Origin: Verrucomicrobiota bacterium
GTDB lineage: Bacteria > Verrucomicrobiota > Verrucomicrobiia > Limisphaerales > JADLHS01
NCBI GenBank assembly: GCA_025350905.1
Contig: JANXWY010000207.1
Location: 7,747 to 71,746, forward strand
Direction: 5' to 3'
DNA: 64,000 nucleotides
Below, in pieces: positions 29,418-38,216 of the stretch. Each line of letters opens with the position of its first letter. Position 1 is the first letter of the stretch. Position numbers and translations under genes: made by a program. Under the pieces are notes generated by a model. The model did not search any database and had not been told where the DNA came from. It saw only the letters and a program-made list of their open reading frames with translations.

Positions 29418-30953
29418 CTAGTTTTTATTTTTCGCTTCCCCAGCCTTGCGGGTGTAAGTGGCAACGGCGCGATTTTCTTTCGTGAAATACTGGCGGGCGA
29501 CCCGCTGCAGGTCGGCGGCGGTGACGGCCTGCACTTTGGCCCCCGCCTGGTTGATCTCGCGCCAGTCGTTATTGCCTTCGGTGCGGATGAGTTGTTTGAG
29601 GATGGCCATGTTGGATACAAGTTTCCGATATTCGCCGGCGGCAAAATTATTTTTCACTTTTTGCAACTCGGCGGCGGGCACCTCCTCCTGCTTCAGTTTC
29701 TCGATCTCGGCATAGATGCCGGCCTCGACCTCCGCCGGGGAGTGACCGTCCTTGGCTTCGCCGCCGGCGTTGAATGAACCGGCCCACTTCTGGGACATCT
29801 GGAAGGCCCACACGTCGGTGGCCACTTCATTGGTCAAGACGAGGCCCTTGTAGAGCCGGCCGGTGCGCGTGGCGAGGATTTGGCCGAGAATGGCCAGCGG
29901 GTAGGAATCCTTGTGGCCGAACGGCACCGTGTGCCAGAGGATGTCCACCTGGGGATTGGTTTCCGCTTCGGCGTTCATGCGCTTCTCCGCCGGCTGTTTG
30001 ACTTCCAAGGTGACGACATCGGGGGCGGCGACTTTGCCGGGCGGGATGCGGGAAAAATATTTTTCCGCGAGCGCGGTCGCGCGGGCCACCTCGAAATCGC
30101 CGACCAGGATCAGGGCGATATTCTGCGGGGTGTAGTAAATGGCGTAGAAGTCATCGGCCTGCGCCTTGGAAATGGCGGGAATATCCGACGGCCAGCCGAC
30201 CGTTGGCCAGCCGTAGGGATGCGATTCCCAGAACAGGGCGTTAAAGGTCTCGCTGAACTTGCCCAGGGGCGTGGATTCGGTGCGCATTCGACGTTCCTCA
30301 AACACAACGTCGCGCTCCGAATAGAATTCCCGGAACACCGGATGCAACAATCTTTCCGATTCCATCCACATCCACAATTCCAGCTTGTTGGCGGGGAGGT
30401 TGACGAAATAGGCCGTCATGTCGCCCGAGGTGAACGCATTCATCTCGGAGCCGCCATGGCTCGTATAAATCTTGAAAAACTCATTCTTGACCAAGATCTG
30501 TCGCTGCTCGGTGACGAGGGCCTTAAACTGCCGTTCCAGTTCCTTGGCCCGGTCGGATTTGTTTTCCGGTTTGAGCAGGTCGTCAATGTCCCCGCGGCGG
30601 ATCGCGGCGCGCAGCTTCACATCTTCTTCGCGCATCTGGTCGCGGATTTTTTCCTGTTCCGCGATGATTTCCAGATCGCGCGGGTAGTTGGTCGTCCCGA
30701 GCGTGGGGGTGCCTTTGAACATCATGTGTTCAAACAAATGCGCGATGCCGGTGATGCCCGGACGTTCATTGGCGCTGCCGACGTGCGCGACCCAACCGCC
30801 CGCAAATGCCGGATCATCATGCCGCTCGACCAGCAGCAAGCGCATGCCATTGGCCAGGGTTTTTTCGACAACAGGGACTTGTTGCGCGAGGGCAGGGAGG
30901 GCGACGAACAAGGCGAAATACGGCACGCAATTTGCAAAATACCGGGCCGTCAT
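29418..30953 (-). CDS. M16 (pitrilysin) family zinc peptidase, catalytic subunit type
   Basis: GIAHLFEHMMFKGT (HxxEH). Start taken at MTARYFANCVPYFALFVALPALAQQ (signal peptide); the ORF extends to 31091. Confidence 0.85.
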   Translation of the reverse strand: MTARYFANCVPYFALFVALPALAQQVPVVEKTLANGMRLLLVERHDDPAFAGGWVAHVGSANERPGITGIAHLFEHMMFKGTPTLGTTNYPRDLEIIAEQEKIRDQMREEDVKLRAAIRRGDIDDLLKPENKSDRAKELERQFKALVTEQRQILVKNEFFKIYTSHGGSEMNAFTSGDMTAYFVNLPANKLELWMWMESERLLHPVFREFYSERDVVFEERRMRTESTPLGKFSETFNALFWESHPYGWPTVGWPSDIPAISKAQADDFYAIYYTPQNIALILVGDFEVARATALAEKYFSRIPPGKVAAPDVVTLEVKQPAEKRMNAEAETNPQVDILWHTVPFGHKDSYPLAILGQILATRTGRLYKGLVLTNEVATDVWAFQMSQKWAGSFNAGGEAKDGHSPAEVEAGIYAEIEKLKQEEVPAAELQKVKNNFAAGEYRKLVSNMAILKQLIRTEGNNDWREINQAGAKVQAVTAADLQRVARQYFTKENRAVATYTRKAGEAKNKN

Positions 30954-31392
30954 GTGGTGGTGCCGCCTTGCTTCATTTTTCATTCTCAATTTCCAGTTTG
31001 CAAACTCACCCGCGATACTTCTTGGCCAGCTGAAGCGTTCAAAAACCGGTGCGTTCACGTCGGTGGGACAAGGTAGTTGCGGCGCGGGCAAGCGCCAGAG
31101 AAAAAGCTGACAAGCCGGACTTCAGTCCGACCCGATTTCGGTCGCTCAAACATTTGGCGGCGGCCCCTGTGGAATTCTCCCGGTACGCGTTTAGGTCACC
31201 GTTCGCCCGACGGATGCCGGGGTGCGCGTGGCGGGCGGGTTCAACGGCGGGTCGCGCCGGTTTTATGCGCATCGAAAAAGCCTTGTTGGGCCATCCTGCC
31301 GCCGGGACCCGGCGGCGGCTCGCCACCGCCATGCACGCCGATCCGGCTCGGCCGATCCAGATGCAACGAACGTTAACTCTGGGCAGGAAAGG

Positions 31393-31443
31393 TTGTAACC
31401 CAATTGTAACCTGCTGGTCGTTTTCTCGTAACACGGTTGTTAC
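31393..31443 (+). promoter_or_regulatory. Pho-box-like array: T(T/C)GT(A/T)AC heptamers phased at 11 bp
   Basis: TTGTAAC at 31393 and 31404, TCGTAAC at 31426, TTGTTAC at 31437. A degenerate TGGTCGT sits at the intervening 31415 phase. The array ends 33 nt upstream of the ATG of the porin-pst operon. Confidence 0.5.
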
Positions 31444-31476
31444 AAACTGTCCGCGAACGCTAAAAATTTTACGCGC

Positions 31477-32841
31477 ATGAACAAACAAAAACTGATGACG
31501 GTGTGGCTCGCGGCGGTGGCGGGCATGTCGATGACCCAACAGGGCGCAGCCCAATCCGCCGATGCACTGTTGGACAAACTGGTTGAGAAAGGCATTCTCA
31601 GTGTGAAGGAGGCCAACGAACTGCGCGAAGAGACCGACAAGAATTTTACCACCGCCTACTCCGTGAAGAGTGGCATGCCGGATTGGGTGACCTCGTTCAA
31701 ATGGGGCGGCGACCTGCGTGGTCGCTTCGAAGACTTCTCTTCCAGCAACCCGTTGTTCGAGAATCAGGATCGCTGGCGTTACCGTTTCCGCCTCGGCGCG
31801 ACGGTGACGCTCTTGGAGGATTTTGAAATCGGCTTCCGGCTCGGTTCGGGCAACTTGGATTCGGGCCTGACGGCCGGCTCGGATCCGATTTCCAACAATC
31901 AAACCTATCAAAACAACGCTTCGAAGAAGGGAGTGTTCATCGATCTGGCCTACGCCAAATGGTCGCCGTTGCATGCGGGAAATTGGGCCGCCTCGACCAC
32001 TCTGGGCAAGATGGAAATTCCATTCGTCTTTACTACCATGGTATTCGATCACGACTACACGCCCGAAGGCGGAGCGGCGCAGGTTGGTTACACTTTCAAC
32101 GATCACCACGCCTTAAAACTCATCGGGGCGGCGTTCATCGTGGACAACAATGCGCGGCTGACCAGCCAGCCCTACGCGGCGGAAAACCCTTACCTGACCG
32201 GCGGCCAAATGGTTCTCGATTCCACCTGGACCAAGCGGTTTTCCAGTTCGGCCGGGTTCGCGGTTCTCGGCCTTTCGCATGCCGACCAGTTGATCAACGG
32301 CGCCGTGCCGAACATCAACCAAGGGAACACGCGCAACCTGGTCACGACCGCGCCGACCTACGCGTTCAGCCCGATCATTGCGGATCTCTCGGCCACCTAC
32401 ACGCTCGATAAGGTGCCGCTTTATCCCGGCCCTTTTCCAATCCGACTCGCCGGCGAATACATGCGCAACGGCGCGGCGCCCGACAGCGCTGACAATTCCG
32501 CGTATAATGTCGGTATCATGTTCGGTAAGTCTGGCAAACGGGGGGCGTGGGAGTTTTCCTATAACTGGCGTTGGATGGGGGGCAATTCATGGTACGAAGA
32601 ATTATCGGAGTCCGACTTCGGCGCCTTATACCAGCAGTCCCAGCCCGCCTCCGGCTTCACGGGTCCCAACTACGGCTCGGGCTCCAACGTCAAAGGCAAC
32701 ATCGTCAAGCTGGCCTACTCACCTTACGATTTTCTCACCGTCACTGCACAATGGTTTTCCACCTGGCTCATCGTCCAATCCCCGAACGGCTCCGACAGCT
32801 TCATGAACCGCATTCAGTTGGACGCCACCATCAAATTTTGA
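31477..32841 (+). CDS. Outer-membrane porin (OprO/OprP-like context), first gene of the pst operon
   Basis: Signal peptide MNKQKLMTVWLAAVAGMSMTQQGAAQ. N-terminal helical segment, beta-strand-rich body, C-terminal ...DATIKF (terminal Phe). Confidence 0.7.
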   Translation: MNKQKLMTVWLAAVAGMSMTQQGAAQSADALLDKLVEKGILSVKEANELREETDKNFTTAYSVKSGMPDWVTSFKWGGDLRGRFEDFSSSNPLFENQDRWRYRFRLGATVTLLEDFEIGFRLGSGNLDSGLTAGSDPISNNQTYQNNASKKGVFIDLAYAKWSPLHAGNWAASTTLGKMEIPFVFTTMVFDHDYTPEGGAAQVGYTFNDHHALKLIGAAFIVDNNARLTSQPYAAENPYLTGGQMVLDSTWTKRFSSSAGFAVLGLSHADQLINGAVPNINQGNTRNLVTTAPTYAFSPIIADLSATYTLDKVPLYPGPFPIRLAGEYMRNGAAPDSADNSAYNVGIMFGKSGKRGAWEFSYNWRWMGGNSWYEELSESDFGALYQQSQPASGFTGPNYGSGSNVKGNIVKLAYSPYDFLTVTAQWFSTWLIVQSPNGSDSFMNRIQLDATIKF

Positions 32842-32867
32842 ACCTCAAGTTATCCCCGGATTTATTT

Positions 32868-33740
32868 ATGAAATACCACTCATCGCAACCCATGAAAACT
32901 CTCCCCGTAAAGTCGCTGGTCGTGGCGGCCATTCTCGCGCTGACCGGTTCGGCCCGCGCCGACATCACGGTCAAAGGTTCGGACACCCTGGTCATCCTCG
33001 CCCAGAAGTGGGCGGAGGTTTACATGGGCAAGCATGCCGGCGCAAAAATCCAGGTTACCGGCGGCGGCACGGGCACGGGCTTCGCCGCGCTCCAGAACCA
33101 GACGACCGACCTGTGCGATGCCTCGCGCAAAATCAAGGCCAAGGAAATCGAGGCCTGCATCAAGGCGTTCGGTAAACGCCCGACGGAATACAAGGTCGCC
33201 ATTGACGGACTTTCGGTTTTTGTGAGCGCCGACAATCCGCTCAAGGAAATCAGCGTGCCACAGTTGGAAAGCATCTTCACGGGCAAGATCCGGAACTGGA
33301 AAGAGGTGGGTGGGCCGGACGCACCCATCACCGTGTATAGTCGCGAGAACAGTTCCGGCACGTACGAATTCTTCAAGGAGCATGTTTTGCAGGGTAAAGA
33401 TTTTGCCGCCAGCGCCCAGACCATGCCGGGCACCGCCGCGGTGTTGCAGGCGGTGGCCAAAGACAAGCACGGCATCGGCTACGGCGGCGCCGCCTATGGC
33501 GCAGGGGCCAAACACTTGGCGGTAAAGGCCGACGAGAGTTCGCCCGCGATCGAACCCACCGAAGAAAATGTGGTCGGTCAGAAATACCCCATCTGGCGCT
33601 ACCTGTTTATTTATGTGAATCCGGCCTTGGACAAAGGTGAGGTTGCGACGTACCTGAAGTGGATTCGCAGCGATGAAGGTCAGCGGATTGTGAAGGACGT
33701 GGGCTATTTCCCGTTGCCGACGTTGTTGCGCGAGAAATGA
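32868..33740 (+). CDS. pstS: Phosphate ABC transporter substrate-binding protein
   Basis: ITVKGSDTLVILAQKWAEVY...GGGTGTGFAAL...IGYGGAAY. An alternative start at 32892 (MKTLPV) is possible. Confidence 0.9.
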   Translation: MKYHSSQPMKTLPVKSLVVAAILALTGSARADITVKGSDTLVILAQKWAEVYMGKHAGAKIQVTGGGTGTGFAALQNQTTDLCDASRKIKAKEIEACIKAFGKRPTEYKVAIDGLSVFVSADNPLKEISVPQLESIFTGKIRNWKEVGGPDAPITVYSRENSSGTYEFFKEHVLQGKDFAASAQTMPGTAAVLQAVAKDKHGIGYGGAAYGAGAKHLAVKADESSPAIEPTEENVVGQKYPIWRYLFIYVNPALDKGEVATYLKWIRSDEGQRIVKDVGYFPLPTLLREK

Positions 33741-33762
33741 CCTCGGCCTAATCTCGGCCCTC

Positions 33763-34950
33763 ATGCCGCAACGCCACACGACGGGCAAACGGAGTCACGG
33801 CTGGATGGGCATCCAGCGGGGGCACCGTGCCCGTCCGCTGGAATGGCTCGCGGAGAAATTCATCTTCGCGGTTTCGCTCTCCACCATCCTCGTGGTCCTG
33901 TTGATTTTTCTGTTCGTCGCCCGGGAAGCCGCCCCGTTGCTGTTCGGCCGGATGAACAGCGCCGCGGTCCAGGAAGTAATTCCCGTCGGCGAGTTCGACA
34001 AGCTCTCGCCCGCGCAGCTTCAACAATATCTCGGCCTGACTCCCAGCGAGCTGGCGGCCATGGATCGCGCGACGCTGCAATCGCTGATGGAGGTCAAGGT
34101 GGAGGCGCTTAATGAAATCCCGGCTGCGTTTCGCGGTGATCCGGACGCACACCTCAATACCACTCAGTGGCGCTACCTGCTGGGCCCGCACCAGTGGACC
34201 GATTACGCCAAGCCGGAATTCATCTGGCAGCCGGTCGGCCAGATCAAAAAATACAATATCATCCCGCTCCTAGTCGGCAGTTTGAAGACCACGCTGGTCG
34301 GTTTGTTATTCGCGGTGCCGTTGGCGGTTGGCGCGGCCATTTATGTTTCCCAACTCGCGCGGCCCCGCGTTCGCGAAGTGGTTAAACCCACCATCGAGAT
34401 GTTGTCGGGCATTCCATCCGTCGTCGTCGGGTTCTTCGCTTTGCTCGTCATGGCGACGGTACTGCAAAGCCTTTTTGGCTATCAGACGCGGCTGAATGCC
34501 TTCGTCGCCGGCATCGCGCTGGGGTTTGCCGTGATCCCCGTCGTCTTCTCCATTGCCGAAGATGCGTTGACCAGTGTGCCACAGGCTTATACGCAGGCAG
34601 CGTTGGCGCTCGGGTCGTCCCGATGGCAGGCGGCCTGGCAGATTGTCCTGCCGGCGGCGTTGCCGGGCGTATTTGCCGCCACCGTGCTCGGCTTTGGCCG
34701 CGCCATTGGCGAGACGATGATCGTGCTGATGGTTTGCTCGGCCAGCGTGATGTCGTGGAACATCTTTGATTCCGCGCGCAGCATCACGACCACGATCGCC
34801 GCGGAAATGGCCGAGGCCGTATCCGGCGGTCCCCACTATCGGATCTTGTTCCTGCTCGGCGCCATGCTCTTTGCCGTGACCTTTGTGCTCAACCTGATTG
34901 GCGACGTGGTGATGCACCGGTTGAAACTCCGGCTGGAGGGCAAGCGATGA
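33763..34950 (+). CDS. pstC: Phosphate ABC transporter permease
   Basis: ALALGSSRWQAAWQIVLPAALPG...GRAIGETMIVLM. Contains an extended periplasmic loop after TM1. The start may be the internal Met at 33805. Confidence 0.85.
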   Translation: MPQRHTTGKRSHGWMGIQRGHRARPLEWLAEKFIFAVSLSTILVVLLIFLFVAREAAPLLFGRMNSAAVQEVIPVGEFDKLSPAQLQQYLGLTPSELAAMDRATLQSLMEVKVEALNEIPAAFRGDPDAHLNTTQWRYLLGPHQWTDYAKPEFIWQPVGQIKKYNIIPLLVGSLKTTLVGLLFAVPLAVGAAIYVSQLARPRVREVVKPTIEMLSGIPSVVVGFFALLVMATVLQSLFGYQTRLNAFVAGIALGFAVIPVVFSIAEDALTSVPQAYTQAALALGSSRWQAAWQIVLPAALPGVFAATVLGFGRAIGETMIVLMVCSASVMSWNIFDSARSITTTIAAEMAEAVSGGPHYRILFLLGAMLFAVTFVLNLIGDVVMHRLKLRLEGKR

Positions 34951-35906
34951 ACGAAGTCCGCAGCCCGAAGCCCGCCGGCCGAAGTTTTCACGCGGCGAGC
35001 TTCGACTACCCGTCCTTCTTTTTCAGCGGCCTGACTGGTCTGGCGACCTTGCTGATCCTCGCCATCCTGGGCGTGATTCTGCTGAACATTGTCCTCAACG
35101 GCCTGCCGGGCCTGTCGTGGCGATTTGTCTCGACGATCCCGAAAAAGGATTTCTTCGACCTTGAAACCACCGGCGTCCTGCCGATGATCGTCGGCACCAC
35201 CATTCGCGTGTTGGTCATGACGATCTTTGTCATTCCCGTGGGAGTGATCACGGCGATTTACCTGACAGAATATGCACCCAACACCTCGCTCGTGACGCGC
35301 CTCCTCCGCGCGGCGGTGAACAATCTGGCCGGTGTACCCTCGATCGTATTCGGATTGTTCGGGCTCGGCTTTTTCATCAACTTCATCGGCAAAAATCTCG
35401 ACGCGCTGTTGCACAATCCCGGGCCGGTCTGGGGCCAGCCGGCGGTATTATGGGCCTCATTGACGCTCGCCGTGATGACGCTCCCCGTCGTCATTGTCGC
35501 CACCGAAGAGTCGCTGAAAGCGATTCCCACGGGCTTGCGCGAAGCGAGTCTCGCGCTCGGCGCCACCAAGCTCGAGACCATCGTGAAGATCGTCCTGCCG
35601 CAGGCGCTCCCCGGCATCCTGACGGGCGGTATCCTGGCGGTGAGCCGCGCGGCGGGTGAGGTCGCACCGATTTTGTTCACCGGGGTGGCTTACTACATGG
35701 CTTCGTTACCGCACAAGCTCACCGATCAATTCATGGACCTCGGCTATCATGTTTTCGTGCTATCCACGCAATCACCGAACATCGAACAGACCCGGCCTCT
35801 GCTCTACGCAACCGTGCTGGTGCTATTGGGACTGACCTTCGCGCTAAATTTTGTGGCGATTATCATCCGCGCCCGAGTGCGAAAAAAGCTGCGGGCGCTC
35901 AATTAA
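34947..35906 (+). CDS. pstA: Phosphate ABC transporter permease
   Basis: ASLALGATKLETIVKIVLPQALPGILTG...RAAGEVAPILFTG. ATGA overlap with pstC. Confidence 0.9.
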   Translation: MNEVRSPKPAGRSFHAASFDYPSFFFSGLTGLATLLILAILGVILLNIVLNGLPGLSWRFVSTIPKKDFFDLETTGVLPMIVGTTIRVLVMTIFVIPVGVITAIYLTEYAPNTSLVTRLLRAAVNNLAGVPSIVFGLFGLGFFINFIGKNLDALLHNPGPVWGQPAVLWASLTLAVMTLPVVIVATEESLKAIPTGLREASLALGATKLETIVKIVLPQALPGILTGGILAVSRAAGEVAPILFTGVAYYMASLPHKLTDQFMDLGYHVFVLSTQSPNIEQTRPLLYATVLVLLGLTFALNFVAIIIRARVRKKLRALN

Positions 35907-35912
35907 AGTTTT

Positions 35913-36734
35913 ATGGCGGAATCTCTCCTTCCCAAGCTCACCGTGGCAGCGACTGCTCGCGGGGACGCCACTTCGTCGGGCACGCCGCTGATCGAAATCA
36001 ACCAGCTATCGCTTTACTATGGCGCCGCGCGCGCCTTGAAGGCTATCAGCCTGTCCGTGCAGGAGCGCGTGGTGACGGCGTTTATCGGGCCGTCCGGCTG
36101 CGGCAAGTCCACGTTGCTCCGCTGCGTCAATCGCATGAACGACCTCATTGACACCGTGCGCATCGAAGGGGGCATCAAAATCGGCGGGCACGATATTTAC
36201 AATGCGGACGTGGACGTGATCGAGTTGCGCAAACGGGTCGGCATGGTGTTCCAGAAATCCAATCCGTTTCCCAAATCCATTTATGAGAACGTCGCCTACG
36301 GGCTGCGATTGCATGGGACCACAAAGAAGTCTGAGGTGGACGCCGTAGTGGAGCAAAGCTTGCGCAGCGCGGCCTTATGGGACGAAGTGAAAGACCGCCA
36401 GCATAGTAGCGCTCTGGGCTTGTCGGGCGGCCAGCAACAGCGGTTGTGCATCGCCCGTGCCATTGCCATCAAACCGGAGATCATTCTGATGGATGAGCCG
36501 GCATCGGCCCTGGACCCCATCGCCACCGCGCGCATCGAAGATTTGATTATGGAATTGAAAAAGGATTTCACCATCATCATCGTCACACACAATATGCAGC
36601 AGGCCGCGCGCATGTCGGATTTCACCGCGTTTTTTTACCTCGGTGAACTGGTGGAATTCGATACGACGACCAAAATTTTCACGAATCCCGCACAAAAGCG
36701 GACGGAAGATTATGTCACGGGCCGGTTTGGCTGA
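35913..36734 (+). CDS. pstB: Phosphate ABC transporter ATP-binding protein
   Basis: [50 protein letters not shown]. Confidence 0.95.
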   Translation: MAESLLPKLTVAATARGDATSSGTPLIEINQLSLYYGAARALKAISLSVQERVVTAFIGPSGCGKSTLLRCVNRMNDLIDTVRIEGGIKIGGHDIYNADVDVIELRKRVGMVFQKSNPFPKSIYENVAYGLRLHGTTKKSEVDAVVEQSLRSAALWDEVKDRQHSSALGLSGGQQQRLCIARAIAIKPEIILMDEPASALDPIATARIEDLIMELKKDFTIIIVTHNMQQAARMSDFTAFFYLGELVEFDTTTKIFTNPAQKRTEDYVTGRFG

Positions 36735-36832
36735 TTTCGTTATTGCGCTTATGAATAAATGCAATCGTACTCGCTTTGACGAAGGATCAAGCGTAAGAGA
36801 AAGATCAAGCTTAGGCGCTTGAGAACAAAACC

Positions 36833-37525
36833 ATGGAACGACACTTTGATCACGATCTCAACGAGTTAAGGCAGCGGCTGCTCACGATGGCGAGTCACGC
36901 GGAAACCGCCGTCAACCGCGCGATCGAGGCGCTGACCACGCGCAACTACGATCTCGCCCTCCAGGTGAAACAAGACGACGCGGTGCTCGACCGCTGTGAA
37001 GTGGAGATTGACGAGCTAGCGATCAAACTGCTCGCCAAAGCGCCGCTGGCGACGGACCTGCGCCTGGTGACGGCGGCCATGAAGATTTCGCAAAACCTGG
37101 AACGAGTGGGCGACGAGGCCGCCAAGATCGCCAAACGGGCCCGTGACTTGAGCCAGGAACCGCCGGTCAAAATCCAGGTGGACCTGCCGCGTATGGCCGG
37201 CCTCGCCTTGGCGATGCTCAAGGGCGCGTTGGACGCCTTTGTGAATCGCGACTCCGCCGCCGCCCGGGCCCTGATTCCGCAGGACATCGAAGTGGACGCG
37301 CTCAACAAGCAAATCAACCGTGAATTGACCCAATACATGATGTCCGACCGCGATAGTATCCCACGCTGCCTGAATCTGATGGTCGCGACGCGTAGTCTCG
37401 AACGCATCGCCGACCACGCGACGAATGTAGCAGAAGACGTGGTATACCTCTGCGAAGCGCAGGACATCCGGCACCAGGGTATCAATCAGGGTGAATCCGG
37501 TCAGCGCAACGTTCCAGTCCCGTAA
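36833..37525 (+). CDS. phoU: Phosphate signalling modulator PhoU
   Basis: Two PhoU repeats (NLERVGDEAAKIAK and SLERIADHATNVAEDVVY). Confidence 0.9.
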   Translation: MERHFDHDLNELRQRLLTMASHAETAVNRAIEALTTRNYDLALQVKQDDAVLDRCEVEIDELAIKLLAKAPLATDLRLVTAAMKISQNLERVGDEAAKIAKRARDLSQEPPVKIQVDLPRMAGLALAMLKGALDAFVNRDSAAARALIPQDIEVDALNKQINRELTQYMMSDRDSIPRCLNLMVATRSLERIADHATNVAEDVVYLCEAQDIRHQGINQGESGQRNVPVP

Positions 37526-38152
37526 CCCATCGCCGCCGAGCCAAAATCCTTCCTTGGGCGCGACAGCCTGGCGACGGTTGACCCCGTCACATTCAAGCTC
37601 CGGCCGGCCGCACTTTGACCGCCAAGGAAGCGGAAATTGACCCTTAGCTCGGGTTGGAAGCGGCATTGGGGATGATTCGGCCAAAACGTTCAACTTGCGG
37701 GAGTCGGTGGTGCGAGTGAGGCAGAACGGCGTGAATAAGTCGCCGGTCGTGAAACATCGCAATACCCTCACCGCGTTGGAAGTCGATTCGTGAACGGTGA
37801 ACAAACCTTAACCTCACTACCAACCAGTTGCCGCCCCACATTGGTTGACGAAACCAATCCGCCCGAAGAGACCTTCGTTGGTTGCGTCTGCTTACGGATT
37901 GGTAAAACCGTCCCGGCGCCGACGCCGCTACAGATACAGAATATCGGACGGTTTACCAATCAGAGGTGGCGGCGGACGTGGTCCATCACCAACAGGATTT
38001 GCTCAAGGCAGCAGTAGTAACCAAACGCCAGCCCACTCCGTCAAACTCGGCGAGTGAAAGTAGAACCTAGCTTGAAAACCGGCCCTCCGCGGCGATGGGG
38101 TAGCGCTGCGTGACTGAGGCCGAGAAGGCGTTTGCATGGGGATGGCCGGCAC

Positions 38153-38189
38153 AAAAAACAGCCGCCGACCTTGAGGAGATCGGCGGCTG
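38153..38189 (-). terminator. Rho-independent terminator of the pilMNOP-secretin operon
   Basis: On the minus strand, CAGCCGCCGA (11-nt loop) TCGGCGGCTG forms a perfect 10-bp stem followed by TTTTTT. Starts about 28 nt after the secretin stop. Confidence 0.65.
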
Positions 38190-38216
38190 AGAGTTTAATC
38201 GATTACGATTTTGAGC

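Noticed and set aside
31039-32109. 356-aa minus-strand ORF across the pst-operon promoter and the porin 5' half
   Set aside because: It is antisense to a porin gene with a signal peptide, beta-rich body and C-terminal Phe. Its composition is Arg/Ala/Gly-rich with no motif.
37016-37804. 262-aa ORF antisense to phoU that extends into the non-coding tract
   Set aside because: PhoU on the plus strand is unambiguous (two PhoU repeats). The antisense product has no signature.
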